Positions 54,901-64,000 of a DNA stretch of 64,000 bases are shown in pieces; within the stretch, counting starts at the first letter, position 1, and each line of letters starts with the position of its first letter. The notes beneath the pieces are model-generated. The model had not been told where the DNA came from and ran no database searches. It worked only from the letters and a program-made list of their open reading frames with translations. The stretch is taken from the NCBI GenBank assembly GCA_977017575.1, contig CDRNVI010000045.1, forward strand, positions 248,001 through 312,000, written 5' to 3'. Source of the stretch: Paramoeba atlantica (Eukaryota; Protista; Discosea). The translations under genes and the position numbers were made by a program.

Positions 54901-57900
54901 ATGGGAATGTTCACGCGGAGCAGAGCCAAAGAGACGGGAGTAGCTCCTGTCGTTGAGCCCTTGCCGGCGAATCGTAGAAAGAAGAAATCCATTGGACAAC
55001 CGGCGCCACCGCTAGCGCCACCGCCTGCGCCATCACCTGCGCCACCGCCCACGACACCTCCCCCGTCACCGCCGGCACAACCATCTTTCACTGCTCCGCC
55101 GTGCGCTACGTCATCCCCTCTTCCCGCTGCGATGGATACTGCATCGTTTCCTCCGCGCATTGCGACGTCTCCCAATGCACCTCCACCGCCTCTTCCGTTG
55201 CCACTTTCACCGCCATCTTCGCCGATACACAGCCAGGCGTCATCTCCACAGTCTCTCGAAACTCCCTCAATGACACGCCCAAGCATGCACACGTCGGCTA
55301 GGCGAGCCCAAACGAGAGCGCTCAATTACCGACGTAGCAGCAACTTAACTGTTGGGGTTACATCGGCAGAGTCTGGGGTTACGTCGACGACGGATACCAC
55401 AGCGCTTAGCGTACCGACGGTACCCAGAACAAGGAAAATCCGATTTGCTACCTCGACGAACGGAAAAACTACGAAAGAAGCCGTAACTACGACAGCAAAC
55501 GAATCAACAAACGAATCAGAGTGGGGGAATCGTTTGAAGCAAACTTGCGCAGTAGCGGCTTCTGCTCTCGTAACGGCGACCAACGCCATGTCCGGAGCGA
55601 TGTTTAACTATGAAAAATCCCATTACCAGAAGAACGCCACGTATATACCGATACCTTCCAAGGGAGTGTCATTCAACGGCGAAGGATATGTACACGACGT
55701 GCGGGCATTCGACATATTTGCAGACAATCCGTTGCAAGATGACGCGTTCCCATCAGTTAGCAGCGGGACCACACAGCCGCTCGCACCAAGCCCGCAGACT
55801 ACACCCGGAAATTCTCGTGGGGAGGTTACAGCGGGAACTTTTAGCAATGCAACCTTGCTCTCAGACACCCCGAACGGTGGAAACGTGAGGAATTTGGAAG
55901 CATGTACCGTGGAAAGGAACGACGCTAGAATCGTGCCGGGATCTCTTCCATCCCCGGTTCCCATCGCATCCGACTTCCTGGACTGCGAATCGCCAATACA
56001 TATACTTTCCGACTCTGGAGACAACGCAAATACCAACCTTGTCGAAGATCCAGTACATCAGTTTTTCAGTGAAACGCCAGACTTTCCAAGAGTCGCGTCA
56101 CAATTCCGTCATATCGACCCCAAGGTTCATTTTCCTGTCCCTCCAGACGAGCTGTACGACGCAACCCTTCACGCAAAAGTGGGAGACCGATGCATTTTGG
56201 CTTGGAGCTTTGATTGTTCGCCAAGCCTCAACATATCACAAGGAATCGTTAAAGCGTCGCAGAAAAGAAAGCACTTGAACAAATGGACCATGGAGTATGT
56301 GGGGATTGTGGGACACAAGATCGGAACAACCTTCACTGGTCATATTCCCCCGCAAGCAAACGTTCGCGTCTTTAAGATCGTGTGGGAAAATAACACACAT
56401 CAGGAAAGTGATCCTGGAAGTATAAAAAGCTGCCGGTCTGAAGAAAGAATTAACCGCGCGCTTCGCGTTAATTATCAACACACAGAAAACGACCTAGATC
56501 TTGAGCCCATGCCTACTCTGCGATCAGTTGCACCGGAATTCATTCCTTGCGTAGTTGCAATTTACCGAGACATCGTTCGAGATTACGCAGAATCCCCATA
56601 CCCACAAAGGAACCGCATATGGCATCGAACGTTATCAGCCATGAAATATTCTCTTGCCACAATTCGGAAGGCAACGGCGAAACGACGTCGACGTCGCCCG
56701 CGCGATTTTTCGTCATTGCAAGACGGCGAATCTCAAAACGGACACACCTCCACCGCCAACGGACCACGTCTTATAGATGACAAACGGGCCATCAAGAAAG
56801 CAACTAGTCTGGCATTAGACGGGTGTGTTTCCAAAGCGTCCCGAGTTATTAACCAGGAAATTACACCACGAACACTCAGCGACTCGGAAACCATTGAAAA
56901 ACTTCGTGCTTTGCATCCAGATCTCCCCACCACATTTCGCCTCCCGCAAGATGCTCCGATGACAGCGTGTATTACGCCTGTCGAGCTTCGGGAGGCCGGA
57001 AGACGCATGGCCAAAGGGGCGGCGCCAGGACCAACAGGCACAACGGATTCAATTTTGCGCATCCTGTTAGACGACGAGGTGTGCTCGTTAAGTTTGTGTC
57101 ACATGATTACCGACCTGATTAATGGATCACTGTCTGAAGAAGTAATGAAACGCGTGAAGAGAGCGCGACTTGTAGCGATTCCCAAACCTGGAAACGGAAT
57201 TCGTCCAATCGCTGTGGGGGAGGTCTGGTTGAAGCTTGCCGAAATCGTCCTTCTGCAGCGGCACGAGAAACAGCTTGTCCCGCTCTTTGCGCCTTATCAG
57301 TTTGGTGTTATGATAAAGTCTGGCTGCGAGCATGTCGTGCATAAGCTTAACGAGAAATACACAGAGGGATGCGCCATTCTGGCTATTGATCTCAGAAACG
57401 CCTTCAATTCACCAGCCAGGGATGAAATTGCAAGAGCCGTGTTCGGATTCCACGGTCTCCGCCCCTTTCAGCGTCTCTTTAATGCCGAATACTCCAGTCC
57501 ATCAGAACTTCTTTATTACGGGAGCAACGGCAATCTTGGAGCCACCTTGAAAAGTTCAGCCGGGGTGAGGCAGGGGTCGCCGTTGTCCACGATTATGTTC
57601 TGCGCGTTTATGCAACCAATTTTAGAGATCGTTGCTTCAGAATTCCCGGCACTTCGCATATACGCCTACATCGACGACATCAGCTTCGCATCAAAGGACT
57701 CAGAACTAATTGCCAACGCTTACAACCGTCTTCGAGTTTTATTGACTGCTAAGCTAGTGGAATTATCCCCAACAAAATGCGTCTGGTTTGAAGGCATCGA
57801 AAGAATCCCCATTCCCCACGTCTTGCAGGAGGCGGGAGTTTTATCCGAAAGCCGGGCTACCAAAATTTTGGGGGCCTTCGTCGGAGAGAAAGAAAGCGTT

Positions 57901-59175
57901 AGCGAAAAATTAGTCCAAAAAGTTGTGAAGCATCAAGCAGCTTTCCGGCGCCTACAGCACATGGGGGCCAGCAACGTCTCTATCGTTTTACTATCGCACT
58001 GCGTGAATATGCGTCACAGGTACGACATACGCGTGCATCATCCTGATGCGTCTTTGGAACTCAGTCGGCAGTTTGATTCCCAGGTGGCAAACACGCTATG
58101 TTCATGGTTCGGGAACCTCAACGAAGACCAAATATCATGGATGAGGCTACCACTGAAGAAAGGAGGACTCGGGCTCACCCCAACTGAACCGATTCGCGAA
58201 GCAGCGTTCTTCAAATCCAAACGAGCAGCTATGGAGCGACCAATTCATCTTTCAGCTCCCGCTACTCTAATGGATTTGCCAGCGCTGAACTCGCTCTCCA
58301 GCCAACGACCTCTCACTGATGAAGCGGTTACGGAAGAAGTCCACCACAATGCAGTGCGCGAGTCTTTGATGAAAGACAAGGGTCAGGCTGATATCATTCG
58401 TGTGGCCAGTGCGAAAGGGAATTACAATTGGCTCACCGCTTGCACCAAATTCATTCCTTCGCGACTTTTCACGTTGGCGATAATGCCCCGTTTCGGAATA
58501 GAGCATCCGTTGCTACCATCGAAGGTACAATGTCCTGGGTGCCACGTTCTCCTCACCTCCAGCAGCGCAATTGCTCACGTGTCCGGATGCGTTAAATGCT
58601 CTGGGATTAACGCTACCACAAAACACAACAGAATGGTGCGTCAACTCTATGCGCTATGTATTAAGGCCGGCATTCCCTGCGAGCTCGAACCTAGACAATT
58701 CGCGACATACACCTGCGGAAAGTGCGGTACCACTGTTGACGGTGAAAATAAAGCGTCACACCAAAGGACTTGCGGATCTGGTTCATTCCACCATTCCGGG
58801 CCAGATTTAGTCATCCATTGGGCAGACGGGGACATCTTTTATGATTTTACCGTCATACACGAGCTTTCACAATCCAACATCAAACGCAGCGGCGCAATTC
58901 TCATGCGAGACGCTATCAAGCGTAAGATTAACCGGTACGTCGTGTCGAGCTTAATTCCGAAACAGCAGTTTTTGTGCATTCCCATGCTTTCTGGAGGCGC
59001 CATGCATCCAAACACCAAGGAATTATTGTCGGCTCTTGCAGATGCATGTGGACTGGCACGCGATAAGATTCACCAGGATTTCGCTTTGCAATTGCAAGAA
59101 CTGAATGGTTCGGTCGCAATGTCTCAATTTAGGAAATACTTGGCACCGGTCGATGGAGATGAAACGGCCCTGTGA
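54901..59175 (+). CDS. Intact CRE-like ORF (about 1424 aa from MGMFTRSR): Pro/Ser-rich region, barrel-like module, RT, Zn fingers, restriction-like endonuclease
   Basis: ARLVAIPKPGNGIRP, IDLRNAFN, GVRQGSPL, YIDD, CPGC..H..CVKC and GPDL..YD. Confidence 0.92.
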   Translation: MGMFTRSRAKETGVAPVVEPLPANRRKKKSIGQPAPPLAPPPAPSPAPPPTTPPPSPPAQPSFTAPPCATSSPLPAAMDTASFPPRIATSPNAPPPPLPLPLSPPSSPIHSQASSPQSLETPSMTRPSMHTSARRAQTRALNYRRSSNLTVGVTSAESGVTSTTDTTALSVPTVPRTRKIRFATSTNGKTTKEAVTTTANESTNESEWGNRLKQTCAVAASALVTATNAMSGAMFNYEKSHYQKNATYIPIPSKGVSFNGEGYVHDVRAFDIFADNPLQDDAFPSVSSGTTQPLAPSPQTTPGNSRGEVTAGTFSNATLLSDTPNGGNVRNLEACTVERNDARIVPGSLPSPVPIASDFLDCESPIHILSDSGDNANTNLVEDPVHQFFSETPDFPRVASQFRHIDPKVHFPVPPDELYDATLHAKVGDRCILAWSFDCSPSLNISQGIVKASQKRKHLNKWTMEYVGIVGHKIGTTFTGHIPPQANVRVFKIVWENNTHQESDPGSIKSCRSEERINRALRVNYQHTENDLDLEPMPTLRSVAPEFIPCVVAIYRDIVRDYAESPYPQRNRIWHRTLSAMKYSLATIRKATAKRRRRRPRDFSSLQDGESQNGHTSTANGPRLIDDKRAIKKATSLALDGCVSKASRVINQEITPRTLSDSETIEKLRALHPDLPTTFRLPQDAPMTACITPVELREAGRRMAKGAAPGPTGTTDSILRILLDDEVCSLSLCHMITDLINGSLSEEVMKRVKRARLVAIPKPGNGIRPIAVGEVWLKLAEIVLLQRHEKQLVPLFAPYQFGVMIKSGCEHVVHKLNEKYTEGCAILAIDLRNAFNSPARDEIARAVFGFHGLRPFQRLFNAEYSSPSELLYYGSNGNLGATLKSSAGVRQGSPLSTIMFCAFMQPILEIVASEFPALRIYAYIDDISFASKDSELIANAYNRLRVLLTAKLVELSPTKCVWFEGIERIPIPHVLQEAGVLSESRATKILGAFVGEKESVSEKLVQKVVKHQAAFRRLQHMGASNVSIVLLSHCVNMRHRYDIRVHHPDASLELSRQFDSQVANTLCSWFGNLNEDQISWMRLPLKKGGLGLTPTEPIREAAFFKSKRAAMERPIHLSAPATLMDLPALNSLSSQRPLTDEAVTEEVHHNAVRESLMKDKGQADIIRVASAKGNYNWLTACTKFIPSRLFTLAIMPRFGIEHPLLPSKVQCPGCHVLLTSSSAIAHVSGCVKCSGINATTKHNRMVRQLYALCIKAGIPCELEPRQFATYTCGKCGTTVDGENKASHQRTCGSGSFHHSGPDLVIHWADGDIFYDFTVIHELSQSNIKRSGAILMRDAIKRKINRYVVSSLIPKQQFLCIPMLSGGAMHPNTKELLSALADACGLARDKIHQDFALQLQELNGSVAMSQFRKYLAPVDGDETAL

Positions 59176-60098
59176 ATACCAGTTGAATGCCGTTAGCGAG
59201 GTGCGTTAAAAAAAAATAGGAAATCTTTAACGGTGAATTTTGAATACTACCTGGCTGACACTTAGAGAGGGAATGCTTCACGCAAGCGCGGCCGCTTGCT
59301 CACAGGTTTCAAAGGCTCGCAACGTTCGTTGGATGACGGAAATAGCTCGTAAAGCCATAGAAGAGAGACGCAGGGCCTTCGCAAGGACGAAAATAGATCA
59401 TGCTTCGGAAGAAGAAAATCTTCAGGCAAAATCAATGTACGAACAAAAGCGGAAAAGGCAAATCTTATATGCCACTCTGCTAACAGAAACTTTTATGCTG
59501 AAAAATGTCAAAATCTGGAAAGCACGAATATAGTCAAAAACCCAAGGGAAGCGTACAGACAAGTCGCTTCATTCGCCTCACAGACGGCTTTCTTAAGCGG
59601 AGACGCCCCACCAATGCAAAATAGTGAAAATACATTCACTAACCACCCTGCGGATCTGGCGAAAATCTTTGCCATACACTTTGAACGCGTTTTCGAAGAG
59701 GAGACTTCCGCCGTCAATTTGGCAGACATACGTAGGGATCTGAGTCAAATAAAATACAGCACGATCTCAGAAATCGAATTAAGCGAAGAACGAAATCAAA
59801 ACAACGCACCCCCTACAAGAGAAGAAGTCGAACAAAGCATTTCTCACCTCAAGGATGGAAAAGCTCCAGGGCCGGACGGAATTTATCCAGAACACATAAA
59901 ATATGCAGGACAGAATGTTGTTACATGGATTATTATTTTTTTAGACGAACTTTTTAAACGTGGATATAAACATGTTCCTAGTCCGGTTTCACCAGCGCAT
60001 ATTTCCTTCTGCACATATTACTAATAACACTTTGAACTCGTTTTCCTTTCTGATTAAAAACGAGAGGGAGATCATCTCTTTTGGTCCACTGTCTGAAC

Positions 60099-61319
60099 TT
60101 ATATGGTGTATTGTTCTTCCTTGTCGGGAGTTAAAAATTTGTGCATCTGCGACAGAACTATGTTCCCGTTCAGTTCTTGGAGGTACAGGGCAAAGTCTTC
60201 TAATATATGTTGCCGTGAAATAAGGCAACGATCTGCTAAAGCTGTTAATAGACGTTTTGTATGCTTATGTAGCGCTCCACCCGAAAGGACAGGGATACAC
60301 ATGAAACGATCATTCGCAATCATCCCAGAAGTTACGTAACGGTCGCGTTTCTTCGTGATGACTTCGTTCATCATTTTTTGAGGCGTTTTGTTTATGTGAG
60401 CTGCTGAAAACTCGTGAACTACAGTTAGGTCATAATACATCGGACCGTCTGCCCAGTAGATCATAAGGTCGGGCCCAGATCTGCGGACACTGCCGCGACA
60501 GCTGCGCTGGTGTTCTGTGAGATTTTCCTCGGTTACACTATTCTGGCATCCGGAGCACTGAAATGAAGAAAATTGCCGAGGTTCTTTTTCACAGGTGAGG
60601 CCGCTCTTCAAGCAAAGCTCATAGATGTACCGAACTAAGGCGTGGTGTTTGGTTGTCACATTTACTCCTGCACATTTTGCGCACCCAGGGATATGATTTA
60701 GTATGGTAGATGACGTAAGGAGACTTTTGCACCCAGGGCATTGAACATCGTCCGGGATTTGTGGGTGGTGTAGTGCGAATCTCGGCATAATCGATAATTT
60801 GAATGCTGAACTAGGCACTAAACGAGCTTTGGATGTGAGCCAAGCGTATTGACCCTTGTGAGACGCTAGTTTGATGATGGGCGCAAGTGTTTTTTCCTCT
60901 ATTAAGGCTTGACGGACCTTGTTGTGGTATTTTGCTTCACTAGCTTGCTCATCGAAATTGATGTAGGGGTCGCGAGAATCACCATCAACCGGAGTTGGCG
61001 CATTCATCGTTTGGGTTGCCCGAGCTGAAGAGGGTTTTCGATGCTCAAGAGCAGCAAATTTTGAAGCGCTGTACGAAGATTCACGTAGTGGTTCGATGGG
61101 GGTGATTCCCAGTCCACCCTTGCGCGTCGGTAGACGTAGCCAAGATATCTGTCGGTCCGTGAGGTTGCCTAGCCAAGCCTTGAGGGTTTTATTTACTTCT
61201 GCGTCGAAATTAGAGGCCATATCCAGAGTTTGTTGTGGATCATGTACCCGAATGTGGTAACGGTGTCTGATGTTTACGCACTTTGATAGTAGTAGAGTGG
61301 ACACATTGTTGATCCCCAT
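60099..61319 (-). pseudogene. CRE 3' fragment (thumb, Zn finger, endonuclease)
   Basis: LRLPTRKGGLG, CPGC..H..CAKC, GPDLMIYW and CIPVLSGGALH. Confidence 0.9.
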
Positions 61320-61372
61320 TTTGTTTAGTCACATGGATGACCCACATTATTCAGCAATGTTGATTGATTTGA

Positions 61373-62573
61373 TTGAAAAATTACATTATTCAGCAATGTT
61401 GGGCAACCTCGATTCTACCCAAGAGTTGGCTGCACGCGCACATAATTTGTATCTATAAGGGTAAAACGGCGGGACCCAAAGCAGATCCGAATTCCTACAG
61501 AGGGATTTCACTTTTAAACATAGCAAGCAGAATATTGTCCGACATACTGCTGAACCGCCTATCGCCACGAATCGATAGAAGGCTACATGACAGCCAAAAC
61601 GGTTTTAGAAAAGGAAGATCGACGGAGGACGCTATTTTCTCAATTAGGAGAATCACAGAAGAAGCCAGAGCAAAAAATCGTTTGCTTTATCTAGTCTAAT
61701 TTACAGAAATCGTATGATAGAATTCCGCGACCAATTATATGGGAAGTGCTAGGTAAAATGCAGGTTGATGGTTTACTTCTAGACTTGTTGAAGGCGTTAT
61801 ATAACGAAACTACCGCAGCTGTGTCCTTAAAAGGGGGGATAACTAGTGATACCTTTGCAACGCGATGCGGAGTAAAACAGGGATGCCCTCTGAGCTGTGT
61901 GATATTCAACGCGATTATGGACTGCTTAATGAGAAAACTCATCGCCACAAAATTTCCAGGCATCAATATTAAATGGAGAATACCGAGAGGTAAGAGACAC
62001 TCAGGGGACGTGGTGCAGGGAAGCGAAACAATCGGCCTCCTAACATACGCAGACGACATCGTTATCTGGTCGGACAAAGAGGAAGAGCTCAAGAACTGTA
62101 TTGAGTGTTTTTCTGACATAGCAAAAATCTGGGGTATGTCAGTTAATACCAATAAAACAAAATATCAAGTTTTACAGCCATCAAATTCTAACGAACGACG
62201 AACATCATGCATGAGTGTGGGCGAGAAAAACCTACAGCAGGTCGAGAACTATCGATATTTGGGGTCCACAATAAAAGACAACGCTAAATTCGACTCGGAA
62301 ATGGTCAGTAGAGTACAGAGTGCACAGGGCAAACTAACCGGACTGAATCTCATTTGGAAAAGTCGCATCATCTCCAGAAAGACCAAAGGAATATTGTTCA
62401 AAACTTGCGTAATACCAAGGTTAACATATGGGTGCTCGACGTGGTGCTTATCACGTCACAACTTTCGAGATTTAAACATGAGCTACATGTCACTCCTAAC
62501 AAAATATTGTTTGGCGAACAAGAAGGAAAAATGCAACGAGGAGGACAAACCTATACGTACGCTAAAACAATAA
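61373..62573 (+). pseudogene. RTE-like LINE RT domain (a different copy from the 59257-59980 piece)
   Basis: YRGISLL, QNGFRKGRST, GVKQGCPLS, YADD and YRYLGS; disrupted near 61699. Confidence 0.88.
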
Positions 62574-62730
62574 GGGATGCGCTGTCCCGAGCTGGAATGC
62601 CGAGCGACCAAACTTGGAAATACAGGGCGCAATACAAAGATTCATGGAATGCGGCTATAACAGAATATAGGGACGAAAATAGTCCAAGCCACAAGAAAAG
62701 AAGGAAGAAACATGGGTTTAATTAGTAAAC

Positions 62731-63499
62731 GAAATCAGCGTCTTCTTTCTCACACATAATGAACAAGAATAAATAAAATGAAACCAATTCCTAAATCATG
62801 TAATATCTTTCTTCATAAAGCAATTCAAAGAATTCAACTGCTTTAGTATCCTCACCACCTATCCATGAAAAGAAATTAAGGTACCTGGCCATTTCAATCA
62901 AACTTACAGTATTTGAAACAAATCCACAACAAACTCCTTTACTTACGAACGGGCATCCCGTCCGCCAACTCCGCGAAGTGGTTGGGGGTTGGTGGGCGGG
63001 CGCAATAAAAAGGTTAGAGAAGGAGTGTCACTATACCAAACTAAATAAATGAAATCTCTAAACAAAACAAACAAATCATATCTCATAATATAAATATTAT
63101 GTGCCCCCAAGGGCCATTATATCAATCATCCTAAATTTCTAAACGTACACTTATATAAACAAAACAAACAAATCATATCTCATAATATAAATATTATGTG
63201 CCCCGAAGGGCCATTATATCAATCATCCTAAATTTCTAAACGTATACTTATAGAAATCAGCGTCTTCTTTCTCACACATAATGAACAAGAATAAATAAAA
63301 TGAAACCAATTCCTAAATCATGTAATATCTTTCTTCATAAAGCAATTCAAAGAATTCAACTGCTTTAGTATCCTCACCACCTATCCATGAAAAGAAATTA
63401 AGGTACCTGGCCATTTCAATCAAACTTACAGTATTTGAAACAAATCCACAACAAACTCCTTTACTTACGAACGGGCATCCCGTCCGCCAACTCCGCGAA
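62731..63499 (-). repeat. Split direct repeats B1-A2-B2 of YR element 4
   Basis: 63253-63499 equals 62731-62977; junction GATTTC|TATA; A2 contains a 97-bp tandem duplication. Confidence 0.88.
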
Positions 63500-63653
63500 C
63501 CAGCCCGCTCGCACGTAATACTACCACCCGAGCGCATGTGTTTTCAGCAAATGGTGGCGGCCACCTACTGAAACACCTACATATATAGCCTACATATATA
63601 GTATGTTATTTTTTTTTTTTTTGAGTACTACATTATTTCTGATTTGAATACTT

Positions 63654-64000
63654 TCATAACCGGCTAATCGGGTCCGCGGGGTTATCGGCAGATTTTATGT
63701 AGCGAGCCATAATGCATACGCCAAGATTCTGATTCTTTTTGAGTATATGTTTGAGCTCCACCGCAATGCTATCTGATTTTGCAACTTTACGATTAAGGGC
63801 AGCTTTGCACGACGTATTATCTATAAAGAGGTCCACACAAGTCCCCTTTTGAAAGTGGTGGCCCAGTTTTTCAAATGCCAGTCGAACTGCCATAGCCTCC
63901 GCATGATTAACTTCATATTTAAATTCCGGTTCCCACGAGTCCCCCACAATGATCACTTGACCATCGTCCCGGTACAGAACTGCCCCCCATCCTTTAGCGG
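63654..64000 (-). CDS. RNase H C-terminus of YR element 4 (continues beyond the window)
   Basis: KGWGAVL, EVNHAEAMA, FIDNTS and NPADPISR. Confidence 0.9.
   Translation of the reverse strand, partial: AKGWGAVLYRDDGQVIIVGDSWEPEFKYEVNHAEAMAVRLAFEKLGHHFQKGTCVDLFIDNTSCKAALNRKVAKSDSIAVELKHILKKNQNLGVCIMARYIKSADNPADPISRL

Larger units (their letters stand above)
54835..59245 (+). mobile_element. Complete CRE-like retrotransposon insertion from SL-spliced mRNA
   Basis: TSD ACTACCTGGCT at 54826-54836 and 59246-59256; SL, intact ORF and A9 tract at 59208-59216. Confidence 0.92.
53629..59980 (+). pseudogene. RTE-like APE LINE (53629-54836 joined to 59257-59980), interrupted by the SL-led CRE
   Basis: GTHNVRT, LAIQECR, SAYAPT, GDFNA, QIDY and SDH; the frame continues PDTTWL|TLREG across the TSD; then GKAPGPDGI. 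Confidence 0.88.

Noticed and set aside
59240-62573. A single LINE interrupted by the 60099-61319 CRE fragment
   Set aside because: The left piece (IFLDELFKRG..VP) and right piece (IIQQCWATSILP) cover the same RT subdomain, so they come from different copies, and no TSD is present.

Overview
This is eukaryotic nuclear DNA, almost certainly from a euglenozoan (kinetoplastid-like). Several retroelement copies begin with a spliced-leader (SL) exon, CTTTAACGATAAAGATACAGTTTCTGTACCTTGTTG, which carries the CAGTTTCTGTAC core of trypanosomatid SLs. I found no housekeeping gene. A 14-kb 19-bp satellite (2306-16327) with higher-order duplications is followed by a dense nested mosaic of mobile elements. 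These are: CRE/SLACS-like non-LTR retrotransposons (RT plus restriction-like endonuclease; two intact ORFs, both SL-led); VIPER/TATE-like tyrosine-recombinase (YR) retrotransposons (gag-YR-RT/RNase H, split direct repeats, YxDG RT motif) and their solo A-B mini-elements; APE-type LINE fragments; a pogo-like transposase; and a MITE with an 8-bp TSD. The most notable observations are (1) retroelements reintegrated from SL-trans-spliced mRNA, one complete with an 11-bp TSD and one whose splice junction maps exactly onto an AG in unspliced sister copies; (2) an apparently unnamed SINE-like family (14-15 bp TSDs, (CAA)n/(CAT)n tails) built from tandem covarying bulged hairpins; and (3) a putative SH3/Tudor-like barrel shared by three unrelated retroelement classes. 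Everything was read by eye with no database search, so fragment boundaries are approximate and novelty is unverified.
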